From Candidatus Aminicenantes bacterium (lineage in GTDB: Bacteria > Acidobacteriota > Aminicenantia > Aminicenantales > Aminicenantaceae): DNA of 64,000 nt. The stretch is from assembly GCA_011773465.1 (NCBI GenBank), contig WVXO01000061.1:50347-114346 (forward strand), in the 5' to 3' direction. The notes beneath the pieces are model-generated. The model was not told where the DNA came from. It made no database searches and saw only the letters and a program-made list of their open reading frames with translations. A program made the position numbers and the translations under genes. Below, piece by piece: positions 27,538 through 38,200 of this stretch. The stretch's first letter is position 1, and every line of letters begins with the position of its first letter.

Positions 27538-28392
27538 CTAAGAGCCTGATCCCAAATCTTTCAAGAAATTTGGCAAAGAAAACGCTGCCTTGTAAATATC
27601 AAGGTTAAAATATTTAAGTCCTTGAGGAGGGTCTCTTTTTATCTTTAAGGGTTGGACTTCATCCGATAGAAAAACAAAGCACCAACTTCCTCCAGGATAG
27701 GTGGGAACAGGACTCGTGTAGAAACAGACATTTTTAAAGAGTTTCTTAAGGAAAGCATCTTTCTTTTTAATTGACTCCAGGTGATAAAAAGGCGATCCGG
27801 CCTGTGAAACCACTATGCCATCATGGTTAATACACCTTTTCAGCTTCTCGTAAAAATCCCTTTCATGAAGAGAAGCGGACGGCCCTGCAGGATCAGAGGA
27901 ATCTATAAAGACAATATTAAACTTCTTCTCTGTTTTTCCGATAAATTCTACACCGTCGGCGACGACAAGCTCGGTTCTATCATCTTCAAGAGAGGGTAAG
28001 AGCCAAGGAAAATATTCCTTAGAGACATCTATAACCTGCTGATCGATCTCCACAAGACACGCATACTTAATCGGGCAGCGAAGAATTTCCTTAAGAGCTC
28101 CTCCATCTCCCCCGCCGATTACGAGAATATTCTGAGGAGAAGGATGCGAAACTAAAGCTGGATGAACAAGCATCTCGTGATAGAAAAATTCGTCTCTTTC
28201 TGAAGTCTGGACGAGATCATCAAGGAGCAAGACTCTTCCAAAATACTCGTTCTCGATAACCTCAATCTTTTGATATTCGGATTTATCCCTGTAAAGAAGT
28301 CTTTTTAGCTTGAGAAAAATACCACTCGATGGGCTATGGTATTCTTTTTCCTCCGATGGAACTGTTTCCCGGTTTTCTTTCTTCGTGATCAT
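27538..28392 (-). CDS. speE: Spermidine synthase (canonical aminopropyltransferase)
   Basis: GGGDGGALKE, EIDQQVIDVSKEYFP and DSSDPAGPSASL. Confidence 0.85.
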   Translation of the reverse strand: MITKKENRETVPSEEKEYHSPSSGIFLKLKRLLYRDKSEYQKIEVIENEYFGRVLLLDDLVQTSERDEFFYHEMLVHPALVSHPSPQNILVIGGGDGGALKEILRCPIKYACLVEIDQQVIDVSKEYFPWLLPSLEDDRTELVVADGVEFIGKTEKKFNIVFIDSSDPAGPSASLHERDFYEKLKRCINHDGIVVSQAGSPFYHLESIKKKDAFLKKLFKNVCFYTSPVPTYPGGSWCFVFLSDEVQPLKIKRDPPQGLKYFNLDIYKAAFSLPNFLKDLGSGS

Positions 28393-29300
28393 AATTTCCA
28401 GATGAATGGCTTGTTATCTCTTAAAACCTTCCCTTGTTTTAGACTTTCTACCAAATAAAGAGGCAGAGCAAAATAGCTCTTGTGAAAGCCAGGGTGATAA
28501 TATTTTAGCTTTTTCACTTTCCGCTCGCGCATTCTTTGAGCTATTTCTTTCTCATCAAGGTCAAGAGGGTCTTTTGTCTTGGAAGCCAGGACAAAGCCCC
28601 AGGGCATGCTGAATGATAGAACAAAGGTCCAGTAGGGCCGAACTATTGGAAAAACTTTTTTTAGAGTCTTCACCAAAGAGCAGAAAAATTGATTATAAGA
28701 AGGATCAGCGCTCCCTGCCTGAAGAACGAATAAACCATCTTCCTTTAAAGCTTCAAAGTTTTTCGAAAAAAATTCTTCAGTAAAAAGAAAAACAGATGGA
28801 CCATGCTTTATGGGCTCAGTTAAATCAGAAATAATGACATCAAATTTTTCTCTTATTTTCTCAACAAACGGGCGGGCATCTTCAAAGATGAGATCTGTTT
28901 TTGGGTCTGAAAACGCCCCCTCCGACCACTCGGGCAAATATTTCCGGCACAGTTCTACCAGTTCCCTGTCGATATCCACCATTATCACCTTTTCAACCGT
29001 GCTGTGCCTGAGCACTTCCCTTATGGTTGCCCCCTCTCCACCTCCAATCACCAACACCTCTCGTGGAAATGGATGAGTGATGAGGGCAGGATGAACCAAG
29101 GATTCATGATAGATATATTCATCTATTTGCGCCGATTGAATCTTCTTATCCAGAAACAGAACCTTGCCCAGAAACTTGTTGTAAAAACACTGGACAAACT
29201 GATATTTTGTCTTCCCTTGATAATAGAGTTTTTCGACTTTTATTCGTCTGCCAAATGATTCTGTGAACGGCTCAAAAAAATAAGATCCCTTGTCTGCCAT
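28389..29300 (-). CDS. Second aminopropyltransferase paralog (GGGEGA / DLTEP type)
   Basis: VIGGGEGATIREVL, VDIDRELVELCRKYLPEW and ISDLTEP. I chose the start at the ATG MADKG (29300), because the track extension to 29453 overlaps the kbl start. ATGA overlap with the downstream speE. Confidence 0.8.
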   Translation of the reverse strand: MADKGSYFFEPFTESFGRRIKVEKLYYQGKTKYQFVQCFYNKFLGKVLFLDKKIQSAQIDEYIYHESLVHPALITHPFPREVLVIGGGEGATIREVLRHSTVEKVIMVDIDRELVELCRKYLPEWSEGAFSDPKTDLIFEDARPFVEKIREKFDVIISDLTEPIKHGPSVFLFTEEFFSKNFEALKEDGLFVLQAGSADPSYNQFFCSLVKTLKKVFPIVRPYWTFVLSFSMPWGFVLASKTKDPLDLDEKEIAQRMRERKVKKLKYYHPGFHKSYFALPLYLVESLKQGKVLRDNKPFIWKL

Positions 29301-29422
29301 GGCAAAGATTATAGCAACTAAAAAATAAAGAGTAAAACGCAATAATAAACTGCAAATATTTAAAAAAGATAGACCTGAAATTGGATTTTTGATATAGTCT
29401 AGAAACTTAAAGGAGGTATTTA

Positions 29423-30625
29423 ATGTATGGCAAGATAAAGGAAGATTTGACAAAAGAAATTCAATCTATTCACGATGCAGGCCTTTATAAATCGGAAAGA
29501 ATTATAATGACTCCCCAAGGAGCAGAAATCGAGGTTAAAGGCGGTAAAGAAGTCCTGAATTTTTGCGCTAATAACTATTTGGGCCTGTCGAGCCACTCCA
29601 AAGTTATCGAAGCAGCCCATAAGACTCTTGATGAATGGGGATACGGAATGAGTTCAGTTCGTTTTATCTGCGGAACTCAAGACATTCATAAGATTTTAGA
29701 ACAGAAGATATCTGCGTTTCTCCAGACTGAAGATAGCGTTCTCTTCGCAGCCTGTTTTGACGCCAACGGAGGGGTCTTTGAACCTCTTATCGGAGCAGAA
29801 GACGCCATAATTACCGATCAGCTCAACCATGCATCTATCATTGATGGTATTCGCCTCTGCAAAGCCCAGAGATTTATTTACAAGCATGCTGACATGGCTG
29901 ATCTCGAAGAGAAATTAAAGGAAACTCAAGCACTCCGTTACAGATTGGTGGCTACTGACGGAGTGTTTTCTATGGATGGTGATATTGCAAAGCTTGACGA
30001 AATCTGTGAGCTTGCAGATAAATACGATGCCATGGTCATGATTGACGATGCCCATTCAACAGGATTTATCGGCAAAACAGGAAGAGGAACCCCTGAATAC
30101 AGAGGAGTAATGGGCAGGGTAGATATCATCACAGGAACTCTTGGAAAAGCCCTCGGAGGTGCCTCAGGGGGATTCATTTCCGGAAGAAAAGAGCTCATAG
30201 AACTTTACAGACAGCGCGCAAGGCCCTATCTTTTCAGCAATACCTTAGCTCCCGCTGTTGTTGGCGCGTCTATTGCCGTCTTTGACCTCCTTTCTGAAAC
30301 AACAGAACTTAGGGATAAGCTAGAAGACAACACAAAGTACTTCCGGGAAAAAATGACAGAAGCCGGATTTGAAATAACGCCCGGAGTCCATCCTATCGTT
30401 CCTATCATGCTCGGTAAATTTGAAAATGATGCCAAGCTTTCTCAAGATATGGCCCGCGATCTCCTCGAGGAAGGAATTTATGTCATCGGATTCTACTATC
30501 CGGTTGTCCCTCGAGGCCAAGCCAGGATAAGAGTTCAGCTCTCAGCAGCTCATGAAAGACATCACCTGGATAAAGCCATAGAAGCTTTTACCAAAGTCGG
30601 AAAGAAATATAACGTTATTTCTTAA
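29423..30625 (+). CDS. kbl: Glycine C-acetyltransferase (2-amino-3-ketobutyrate CoA ligase)
   Basis: PLP fold with DDAHSTG and TLGKALGG (Lys). Strong SD AAGGAGG. Confidence 0.9.
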   Translation: MYGKIKEDLTKEIQSIHDAGLYKSERIIMTPQGAEIEVKGGKEVLNFCANNYLGLSSHSKVIEAAHKTLDEWGYGMSSVRFICGTQDIHKILEQKISAFLQTEDSVLFAACFDANGGVFEPLIGAEDAIITDQLNHASIIDGIRLCKAQRFIYKHADMADLEEKLKETQALRYRLVATDGVFSMDGDIAKLDEICELADKYDAMVMIDDAHSTGFIGKTGRGTPEYRGVMGRVDIITGTLGKALGGASGGFISGRKELIELYRQRARPYLFSNTLAPAVVGASIAVFDLLSETTELRDKLEDNTKYFREKMTEAGFEITPGVHPIVPIMLGKFENDAKLSQDMARDLLEEGIYVIGFYYPVVPRGQARIRVQLSAAHERHHLDKAIEAFTKVGKKYNVIS

Positions 30626-30659
30626 CACAAAATAAGTTAAAAAAGCTTTAAGAAAAAAA

Positions 30660-30692
30660 GGGGACAGGCTACTTTTCGCCTGTCCCTTTTTT
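30660..30692. terminator. Bidirectional rho-independent terminator between kbl and nhaC
   Basis: GGGACAGGC-tacttttc-GCCTGTCCC with an A-run before it and a T-run (30687-30692) after it. Confidence 0.75.
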
Positions 30693-30816
30693 ATTGGGGC
30701 CTGTTGCTTTTTTTTATTTTCTTATTAAAATGAAGCCTATCCCCTTTTTTACAAGACCGGACCCATTAATGATCCCACCACAGCAACAAGGCATTCTCCC
30801 AAGACCTTTTCCAACA

Positions 30817-32205
30817 TTAGTCTGACTCTTTTAACTTTTCCATGGTGATCCCGGTGTAGCCATAAAACAAGGAAACAAGAGGATTCGAAAGATTCAGAAA
30901 GGCATAAGGAAGATAGAGAAGGGGATTTACTCCTAAGGTCGCGTGCATAAAAGCTCCACAGCTATTCCAGGGAATAAGAGGAGAAGTAAGAGTTCCAGAG
31001 TCTTCTAAACAGCGAGAAAGATTTTTTGGATGCAGACCTAGCTCATCGAATGCATTTTTGTACATCCTTCCTGGGATAACAATCGCTATGTACTGGTCTG
31101 AGGCAATAGCATTCATCCCGACACAGCTGAAAATAGTAGTTGCCACAAGTGATCCTGTTCTCTTTACTCTATCAAGCAGGGATCTAGCTAAAGCTTCCAA
31201 CATCCCTGTCTTCTCCATTATGCCGCCAAAAGAAAGGGCGCAGATAATCAAGGCCACTGTTGTCATCATGCTCTCAAGGCCGCCTCTGGTCAGCAGGTCA
31301 TCAACCATCTTAACTCCTGATTGAGAAACATAACCGGATTGAGCAGCCTGGATGACTTGGGCTAAAGATTTTGATTGACTGATCATAGCAAAAATTCCGC
31401 CCAGGACAGTCCCTCCTAACAAGGCAGGCAAAGGAGGAATCTTTTTTACGACCATCACTATAACCAAAATCGGAGGAAGTAAAAGAATGGGATGAATGAA
31501 AAAATTTGATTTGATAGTGGAGAGGATGACATCGATGTTTTCTCCCTTAAGACCTCCTCCTGAAAATCTAGTTCCGAGCAACCCATAAAGAACAATGGAA
31601 ATAGCATATCCTGGACCCGTGGTGTAAACCATATGCCTGATATGGGAAAACAGATCTGTCCCTGCCACAGCAGGAGCGAGATTGGTTGTATCTGAAAGGG
31701 GTGACATTTTATCACCAAAGTAAGCCCCTGAAATAATTGCCCCTGCTACCATAGTAATTGGCACTCCCAAGCCTTGACCCACTCCGACTAGAGCAACTCC
31801 AACTGTTCCAGCTGTTGACCAAGAAGATCCTGTTCCCAGAGAAACAATCGAACAGATGATAAGTGTAGCCACAAGAAAAATTCCCGGAGAGAGAACCTTT
31901 AAGCCATAATAAATCATGGAGGGGACAATCCCGCCTATAATCCAGGTTCCAATCATCGTCCCTACAACCATCAGAATCAGGATTGCGCCCATGGCCAGCG
32001 TAATTCCATGAACCATGCCCTCCTGTATTTCCTTCCAGGGATGCTTAAAGATGACGGCAACACAAGCAGCCACAGCCGCAGCGCCAATTAATGGGATATG
32101 AGGGGGTTGTTTGAAAACACCAATTGTCAGAGATAAGGCAACGATTAAGAAAACAACAGGAATAAGGGCAATTCCTAGTCTTATTCTCTTCCTTTTATCT
32201 TTCAC
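30817..32205 (-). CDS. nhaC: Na+/H+ antiporter, NhaC family
   Basis: Multi-TM protein of typical length, with NhaC-like C-terminal motifs (TLTSPLIPWNSCGAFM). Confidence 0.8.
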   Translation of the reverse strand: MKDKRKRIRLGIALIPVVFLIVALSLTIGVFKQPPHIPLIGAAAVAACVAVIFKHPWKEIQEGMVHGITLAMGAILILMVVGTMIGTWIIGGIVPSMIYYGLKVLSPGIFLVATLIICSIVSLGTGSSWSTAGTVGVALVGVGQGLGVPITMVAGAIISGAYFGDKMSPLSDTTNLAPAVAGTDLFSHIRHMVYTTGPGYAISIVLYGLLGTRFSGGGLKGENIDVILSTIKSNFFIHPILLLPPILVIVMVVKKIPPLPALLGGTVLGGIFAMISQSKSLAQVIQAAQSGYVSQSGVKMVDDLLTRGGLESMMTTVALIICALSFGGIMEKTGMLEALARSLLDRVKRTGSLVATTIFSCVGMNAIASDQYIAIVIPGRMYKNAFDELGLHPKNLSRCLEDSGTLTSPLIPWNSCGAFMHATLGVNPLLYLPYAFLNLSNPLVSLFYGYTGITMEKLKESD

Positions 32206-32269
32206 TCCTTAATACTCTCAAGTAAAGTTAAGAAATTTTAAGCAAAAACAAAGCAAAAAGCAAATAATT

Positions 32270-32285
32270 GGGGTCAGGACATGCC
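32270..32285. repeat. Family-A terminus (GGGGTCAGGACATGCC) with a degenerate partner near 32325-32345
   Basis: Read directly. The partner CAAGACCTTGTC is imperfect. Confidence 0.35.
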
Positions 32286-32427
32286 ATTAAGAAGAGAAAC
32301 TTTGCCTCCCCGAATATCCGCGGGACAAGACCTTGTCGTCGGGAAAAGATATTTTCCCGCACTCATGCCCTTATAGAATTCCCTAAGATAAGGACTGATA
32401 TGAAAAGAAACGAGTTGCATGAAGGTG

Positions 32428-32547
32428 TTATTTCAGGAGATCATCCTGGGTAAGAAGGGAAATAAACCGGTAGCCTTTAGCTTCCAAGTTTTCTCTTCCT
32501 CCTTCGAGACGATCAACTAAGGTCAAAGTCAGGATTACCTTCCGCCC
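32428..32547 (-). pseudogene. pyrE: 3' fragment of pyrE (orotate phosphoribosyltransferase)
   Basis: Minus-strand hand translation GRKVILTLTLVDRLEGGRENLEAKGYRFISLLTQDDLLK* resembles the conserved OPRTase C-terminus (..V.VLVDR.EGG.E.L...G.....L....DLL). An in-frame stop lies just upstream, and there is no room for the rest of the gene. Confidence 0.5.
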
Positions 32548-32558
32548 CTCTTCCCAGA

Positions 32559-34775
32559 CTAACGAATTTTGCTTATTTTAATACCATGATAATACTTTTT
32601 CAATATCTGCTTGTAGTCAGCTCCTGCCTGCGCCATCCCAAAAGCTCCTACCTGGCAGAGGCCGACTCCGTGTCCGAATCCTCGTCCATAAAAAGTGAAA
32701 TGCGTGATACGGCCTTCCGTATCATATTCTCTGTCTATTACAAAAAGCGTCTCCTTGAGGCCCAAAACTCTCCGAATTCTTAGGCCTCTGACAACAGTCT
32801 GAGTCTCCCCGCCCTTGATTAAAAGCTCAACAACTCTCTGTGACTTTCCTCTTCTTTGAGGAATAATATCTTCAAGCTCGCCCAGCGGATAATACTCATT
32901 TATCCTTTTCTCCAATGCTTCACGTGATATTCTTAACTCCCAGCGGCTGAAGGGCGAGCTCCTATCCATGATATTTGTATGAGAAGGATAGATAATTTCC
33001 AACAACCGAGCCTCTCCATCCCTCTCGATTATTCTTACATCATCCCCTGCCAGGATATAAACATGAGAGGCAAAAAAGTAATCGCTCCCGTCCCTTCTCA
33101 ATAGAAAAATATCAGGGGAGAGTAGGAATTGTTTCTTTTCTTTCTCCTCCTCCAATTCAATCGTATCCTTATTGAAAGACCTGAACGTTCCCTGGTGAGT
33201 TATATTCTTATAATTTTGGATGACCTTCCCCAGGAAAAAAGCCAACTCTCCTCTTGAAAGGAGTCTATCCAAATTGTTGATATCATCGAAAGTCGGGAAT
33301 ATCCCTGCCTGAATGAGATAAGCCAGGCGATCTCTTTCCTTTCCCTTATGGTCTTTGAAACCTTTCATGATGTGATCTTTTTCCGTGTCGTACAGAAGAT
33401 TTTCCACTCTATTATTCCAATCAAAGGCATCAATAATAAGATTCCCAAGGGTTACAAAATTCAGAGGTGAGGCTTCTGGAGTGAATTTTTCATTCTTTCT
33501 TCCCAGCAAATCCAGAGCATTGTTGATCCAGCCTATCGTTTCTGTAAAAGAACCCTCGGCTCTGTAATATTCAGGATTTACTTCTGGAGGAATCACTTTT
33601 AAGCTTATGAGCCAGGCAATTTCTGGACTGATATTTTTTGCGCCCATATAAATAGGCTCTATCATATTTCTACTCTTCAGCAACCATTCATTCTTCTTTT
33701 CGTAAACACACTCCGTGCTTCTCAAATAAGGAAGAGCAGGACCAGTGAAGATATTTTCCACATCTTCTGTCATACCTCCACAAGTACTTGTATAAAGAGC
33801 ATTGATCACTCTGCCTCTATAACGGGCTACCTCTCCATGCGTTAGCTCTACAGCCTTGCTGCTCAGAGGATGCTCTGCATCCATTCCCTGGTAAAACTGA
33901 GCCTTCGGTGAAGCACCAAGGTCAAAACCTAGTTCTTTATTCAGTCCTAAGCTTCTGATTGCATAGGTTCTGGCGGCTACAGCTTGAGCTTTATGGGCTT
34001 CAAGTTCGCCGTATGTATAGGGAGAAAGCTCGCTAGGAACAACACTTTTTAAGTAATCCTCAAGGTTTAAAATATTTATCAGGACAATACCTTTAGAGGT
34101 GGCTCTGAGAACAAATATACCTCTGTAATCTTTTCCGTTAAAAGTGAGAAAGCTCTGGGGATTGCGGGGAATAAAATAAAGGGCCGCATTATCACTTAAG
34201 CCCTTCAGCTCATCATTTATAAGAATCCAGAGAAGTTTTGATTCTTCCTCGGTGATTTCTTCTCGCAATATCCAGCTTTCGGCTATTCCTATTTCATTCA
34301 GTTTCTTGATGAAACTCAATGCGTCGCCTCTCGTTAAAAAATCTCCAACCTTGACCAAAAAGGCTCCAGAAATTTCATTCTCAGTATTCTCAGCAACATA
34401 AACCTTGGCCTCAATCTTTTGCCTTAGATCTTGAGCTATTATCTCTGCCTCTTCCTTTTCCTTACTCTGGGCAACCTGTATCACAAATTTTTCGGTTAAC
34501 TTCTCCCTGCGACCTTTTATATAGACATCATCTGCGTCATCAGCCAAAAGTCTGTAACTTGCATTGACCTCGTATACCTTCATTCCGGAAGAAGAACAGA
34601 TGTTGATGCTTCGTAGATTCACGCCGAGTCCTATTTTTACTACGGGTTTCTTGATCTGATATCCATGAAAAAAAATCTGCTCTTTTCCGAATTCAACCGG
34701 TGCCCCCCAAAAAATACACAAAAAAAGGATGATTATAATAATGTACTTCATGGGATTGACTAAAGTGCGGCGCAT
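32559..34775 (-). CDS. SpoIID/LytB-domain protein with a SPOR-like domain (peptidoglycan remodelling)
   Basis: YLKSVVPSELSPYTYGELEAHKAQAVAARTYA, STCGGMTED, and GHGVGLCQVGA at the C-terminus. Confidence 0.82.
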   Translation of the reverse strand: MRRTLVNPMKYIIIIILFLCIFWGAPVEFGKEQIFFHGYQIKKPVVKIGLGVNLRSINICSSSGMKVYEVNASYRLLADDADDVYIKGRREKLTEKFVIQVAQSKEKEEAEIIAQDLRQKIEAKVYVAENTENEISGAFLVKVGDFLTRGDALSFIKKLNEIGIAESWILREEITEEESKLLWILINDELKGLSDNAALYFIPRNPQSFLTFNGKDYRGIFVLRATSKGIVLINILNLEDYLKSVVPSELSPYTYGELEAHKAQAVAARTYAIRSLGLNKELGFDLGASPKAQFYQGMDAEHPLSSKAVELTHGEVARYRGRVINALYTSTCGGMTEDVENIFTGPALPYLRSTECVYEKKNEWLLKSRNMIEPIYMGAKNISPEIAWLISLKVIPPEVNPEYYRAEGSFTETIGWINNALDLLGRKNEKFTPEASPLNFVTLGNLIIDAFDWNNRVENLLYDTEKDHIMKGFKDHKGKERDRLAYLIQAGIFPTFDDINNLDRLLSRGELAFFLGKVIQNYKNITHQGTFRSFNKDTIELEEEKEKKQFLLSPDIFLLRRDGSDYFFASHVYILAGDDVRIIERDGEARLLEIIYPSHTNIMDRSSPFSRWELRISREALEKRINEYYPLGELEDIIPQRRGKSQRVVELLIKGGETQTVVRGLRIRRVLGLKETLFVIDREYDTEGRITHFTFYGRGFGHGVGLCQVGAFGMAQAGADYKQILKKYYHGIKISKIR

Positions 34776-34987
34776 TTTCCGGATTTTTCCTATAAATGCG
34801 TATAAGAAAATTTATCACGATTTAAAGAAAAAATCAATATATGTAACCTTTTTATTTTTTTATACTATATATAGTATTATCTTCAACTATTAAATATATA
34901 TCCTATCGGAAATATAAGAATAAGTCAAGGATCTTTTTTGGGTTGTACTCATCTAACTCTCTATGATAATGAACTAGTTATGGAGTC

Positions 34988-35022
34988 GGGCCTTAAGAAA
35001 ATGGGGACAGGCCCTTTTTTTT
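34988..35022 (+). terminator. Orphan terminator-like hairpin in the intergenic region
   Basis: GGGCCT (34988-34993), 15-nt loop, AGGCCC (35009-35014), then 8 T (35015-35022). Confidence 0.35.
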
Positions 35023-35117
35023 GTAAGAAAGAGGACATTTTCAACTTGTGGACAGAAGAACAGAAAAAGTGCAACAGAAAATGGGGCCTGGCCCCAATTG
35101 CATATCCGGCATTTCTG

Positions 35118-35146
35118 TTGACTTGTAAAGGGCAAATGCTCAAAAT
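35118..35146 (+). promoter_or_regulatory. Candidate promoter TTGACT-17-CAAAAT for the large M14 peptidase gene
   Basis: Hexamers read directly. The -10 element is imperfect. Confidence 0.3.
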
Positions 35147-35255
35147 TTAAGTGAAATATGTATTCTGAATTATTCATAAGAACTGCCGCTACCTTTATTT
35201 CGTGAATAATTCAGGATAAATTACGAACGGGATAGCGGGATAAAAAGGAGAAAAA

Positions 35256-38200
35256 ATGAGAAAAAAAGTTCTCTTCTTTTCAATTATGCTTGCCTTCTGT
35301 GTTCACGCGATGGCGGAAACATCCAGCCTTTCTCAAATATTTCTTCTTGGAAAAGGAATAAAAGACCTGGATAAGGATAATTTGGGAGAAAAGGTTTCTG
35401 TCCATATCATCGTCCCAGACACGCCCACAGCTTGTGAGCTTGCAGTAGCTGGAGATATTGCTGCCAGAGCTAATCTGGAGAGTCTTGTAATCGACTTCTC
35501 CCTCGTGAAAAAAGAGTCAGAAGTCAAAAGCATACAAAGTCTTGAGAATCCGATTCTAATCGGTACAAACTTGAAGTGGATAAAGAAGCTGAAAAAGGAA
35601 AGAAAGATAAATCTTCCCCAGCTCGAACAAGATCAGGGGCTCGTCTCTCTCCTCTATTATAAAAATAAGCCGCTGCTGGTTTTGACTGCAGGCTCAGAAG
35701 AAGCACTCCTGCGCGCAGGCCGCTCTTTTTTTCTCAGATGGCCCTATCTCTGGGAAATCTGGGGGCAAGAGGAAGGAGTAACCTATTTTTCTTTGGAGAA
35801 GGATTTAACTCGATTCCTGGGAAAATTAGGTACAAGTACTGAAAAGATAACCATCAAAGAAGCTTCTTACGAGTTTCCGCAAACAAAATCACCTCATCAA
35901 TCTTTGAGAAGACTGAAGTTTAATTCGGGCGAGATAAGAAATCTGGTAGTCGAGATAGGTTTTCCGGATAAAAAACAAAAAGATAAAGCATTCGAAGCTC
36001 TTGAATCTCTCCGCCTCCAGCACAAAAAAGGATTGAGCCCGGATATTCTCTCTTATCCAGGCTGTGCCCAGATGACTTTTGAACTTCACTCCAAGAATGA
36101 AATCTCCAAAATCATTCTTCATCGTATGGGATATCCTAAGAGAATCCTCACCCCTTCCTATAAAGTTCCTTTGAAGCCGCGCACTGCGGGAAAAAATTTT
36201 GACCTGCTCAGCTTATTCTCCACCAAAGGATTCTACTCTGATTCTGATAAAGACAGCATTCTGGACAAACTTGATACATCTCTCATCATCCCTCAAGATT
36301 CAGGCCTCTTGGGCTCAGCCCAATTGGCATCAAGGCTTGTTTTAAGCACAGCCGGAGCTTCCTTCCCTATTCTTTTCCTGGACAAAGAAATAGAAGAGCA
36401 AAAAGCATTAGTCTCTCCAGTCCTAATCGGTCGCGAAAACATCCTCAATAAAGAACTGATCAAAAAAGGAAAATTAAAGATACCGCCTTTGCAGAAAAAC
36501 TGGGGGATGGCAAAAGTTGTTTCTGAAGCTTTCAATAAATCCAACGCACTCGCGATTGTCGGGGCAGATAGATTTGGCCTGGAAAAAACTTTAACCTTCC
36601 TGAGCAAAACATTTCCCTATCTTGATGATTACAAAGAGGGCAGCCCTCAAATTAGGGATGTACCTTCTGATTTAGAGGGATTCTTCAAGGGAGAAAAAGG
36701 CAGTGCCGAAGCATACTTCGACCAAAAAATGAAAAAACTTTCCGAAGATATCAAGGGCAAAGTTTTCGAGTCCATAAAGGCTGAACTCTTCCTTCCTCAA
36801 AAGAATCTAAAATTCGAAGAATATACAAGAAAATTTTTTGAAGATTCTGCTCAAGCGGAAAATTTAGAAATCAAGAGCTTCGAGCTCAGGGAAAGTAAAA
36901 CAATCTTTGAAAAAGAAAAAGAGTTTCTCTGGGAGGGAGATGAGGCACTCAAATTGATTCAAGAGAAGATAAAAACATTCGAAAGTTCCGCGCTTCCTCT
37001 GAAAATTAACTTAGGTCTGAGCGAATCACCAAAAGTAAGAGAAAAAATAAAAACGCAGATCGAGGCGCTTCTCCGCCAAAACAATATCGCTGGATTCGAA
37101 GTCAAGGTTCTTTCGGCCTATAAGCAGGGATTCTTCTGGCTTTTAGAGGAAATCCTCCCCTATCTGAGCGGCGAAAATGTCAGCCGCCTGACAATCCGCT
37201 TTGCTGAAGAAAAGGAAAACCTGAGCAAACCCAAGCGGTTTTACGCCGAGCCTTATCGCTGGCTCCAGGAGCTTTATCCCGTTGATGAAATCCTCTCCAA
37301 GGAAGCCAAGCTTCCTCTCAAAAGAATTGAATTCGAACTAAAGAAAGAAGAAGAACCTGTCTACGAATTTCTGGCTTTCGATGAAAAAAACAGAGTCTTA
37401 TTGAAAAAAAGCTTCTCTCCCAGAATACGAGAAACAATCTTCCTCAAAGTTCTTCCAGAATGGGGAAAAGTTAAACTCACCACAGGCTGGCTAAAAATAG
37501 AGAGAGGCAGAGAAACTCTTCTGGATAAATCCATAAAATGCGACCTCGAAAGATTCTGGGAATACTATCAAGATGAAATACTTCCTGATGTTTATTCCCA
37601 TGTGATGAAAAAGACAGGAAACGAGCCCAAATTTTCCAAACAGCCTTACTTTAAAAGAATCCTGATGGAGATGTGGTTCAGCGAGCCTGATTATAAGCTA
37701 GGTCTGGATGAAGAAATTGTAAGCAGCTTGGAGGCCATTCATGATGAAATCTATTTTGACACCCTAGACTTTTTGCGCGGAATCACGGAGGTTGAGATAG
37801 AGGAAAAAGACTCTCCAGAGGATATCTCCCGCTACTCGGCACCGGGGAATGTTCTCCCTCTTATTCACCCATCCTTGGAAGGCGGGAAGGGAAGAGCAAA
37901 AGTCATCTTGGAAGATTGGCAGGCTCAGAGCCCTCAGCTTATCCTTAGATTAAAAGAGAAAGGGAAAGAAGAATACAGCAAAAAAATTATCTTCCCCTCG
38001 ATCAAGCCCAAAACCCTTCTAGTCCCATCTTTTGTCTATAACGGTAAGAAAGAGAGAATTGAAAATTTGATAGTTGAGGTGAAGGTTGAAAAAGAAGCCG
38101 AATATCTGGTGCTCATTGACCTTATTGATTCATACAGGCGCCTGTTGAGTGAAGGCATCATCCAGTCCTTCAGTTATCCACGCCTTGAGAGGATAACCAT

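Noticed and set aside
29301-29453. 51-codon N-terminal extension of the second aminopropyltransferase (track start at 29453)
   Set aside because: The extension overlaps the kbl start codon and SD on the other strand and adds no conserved sequence. The ATG at 29300 gives a standard SpeE-like N-terminus.
32268-32453. 61-aa plus-strand ORF in the nhaC / spoIID-like spacer
   Set aside because: No SD and an Arg/Lys-rich nonsense-like translation. The opposite strand carries the pyrE-like remnant, which explains the open frame better.
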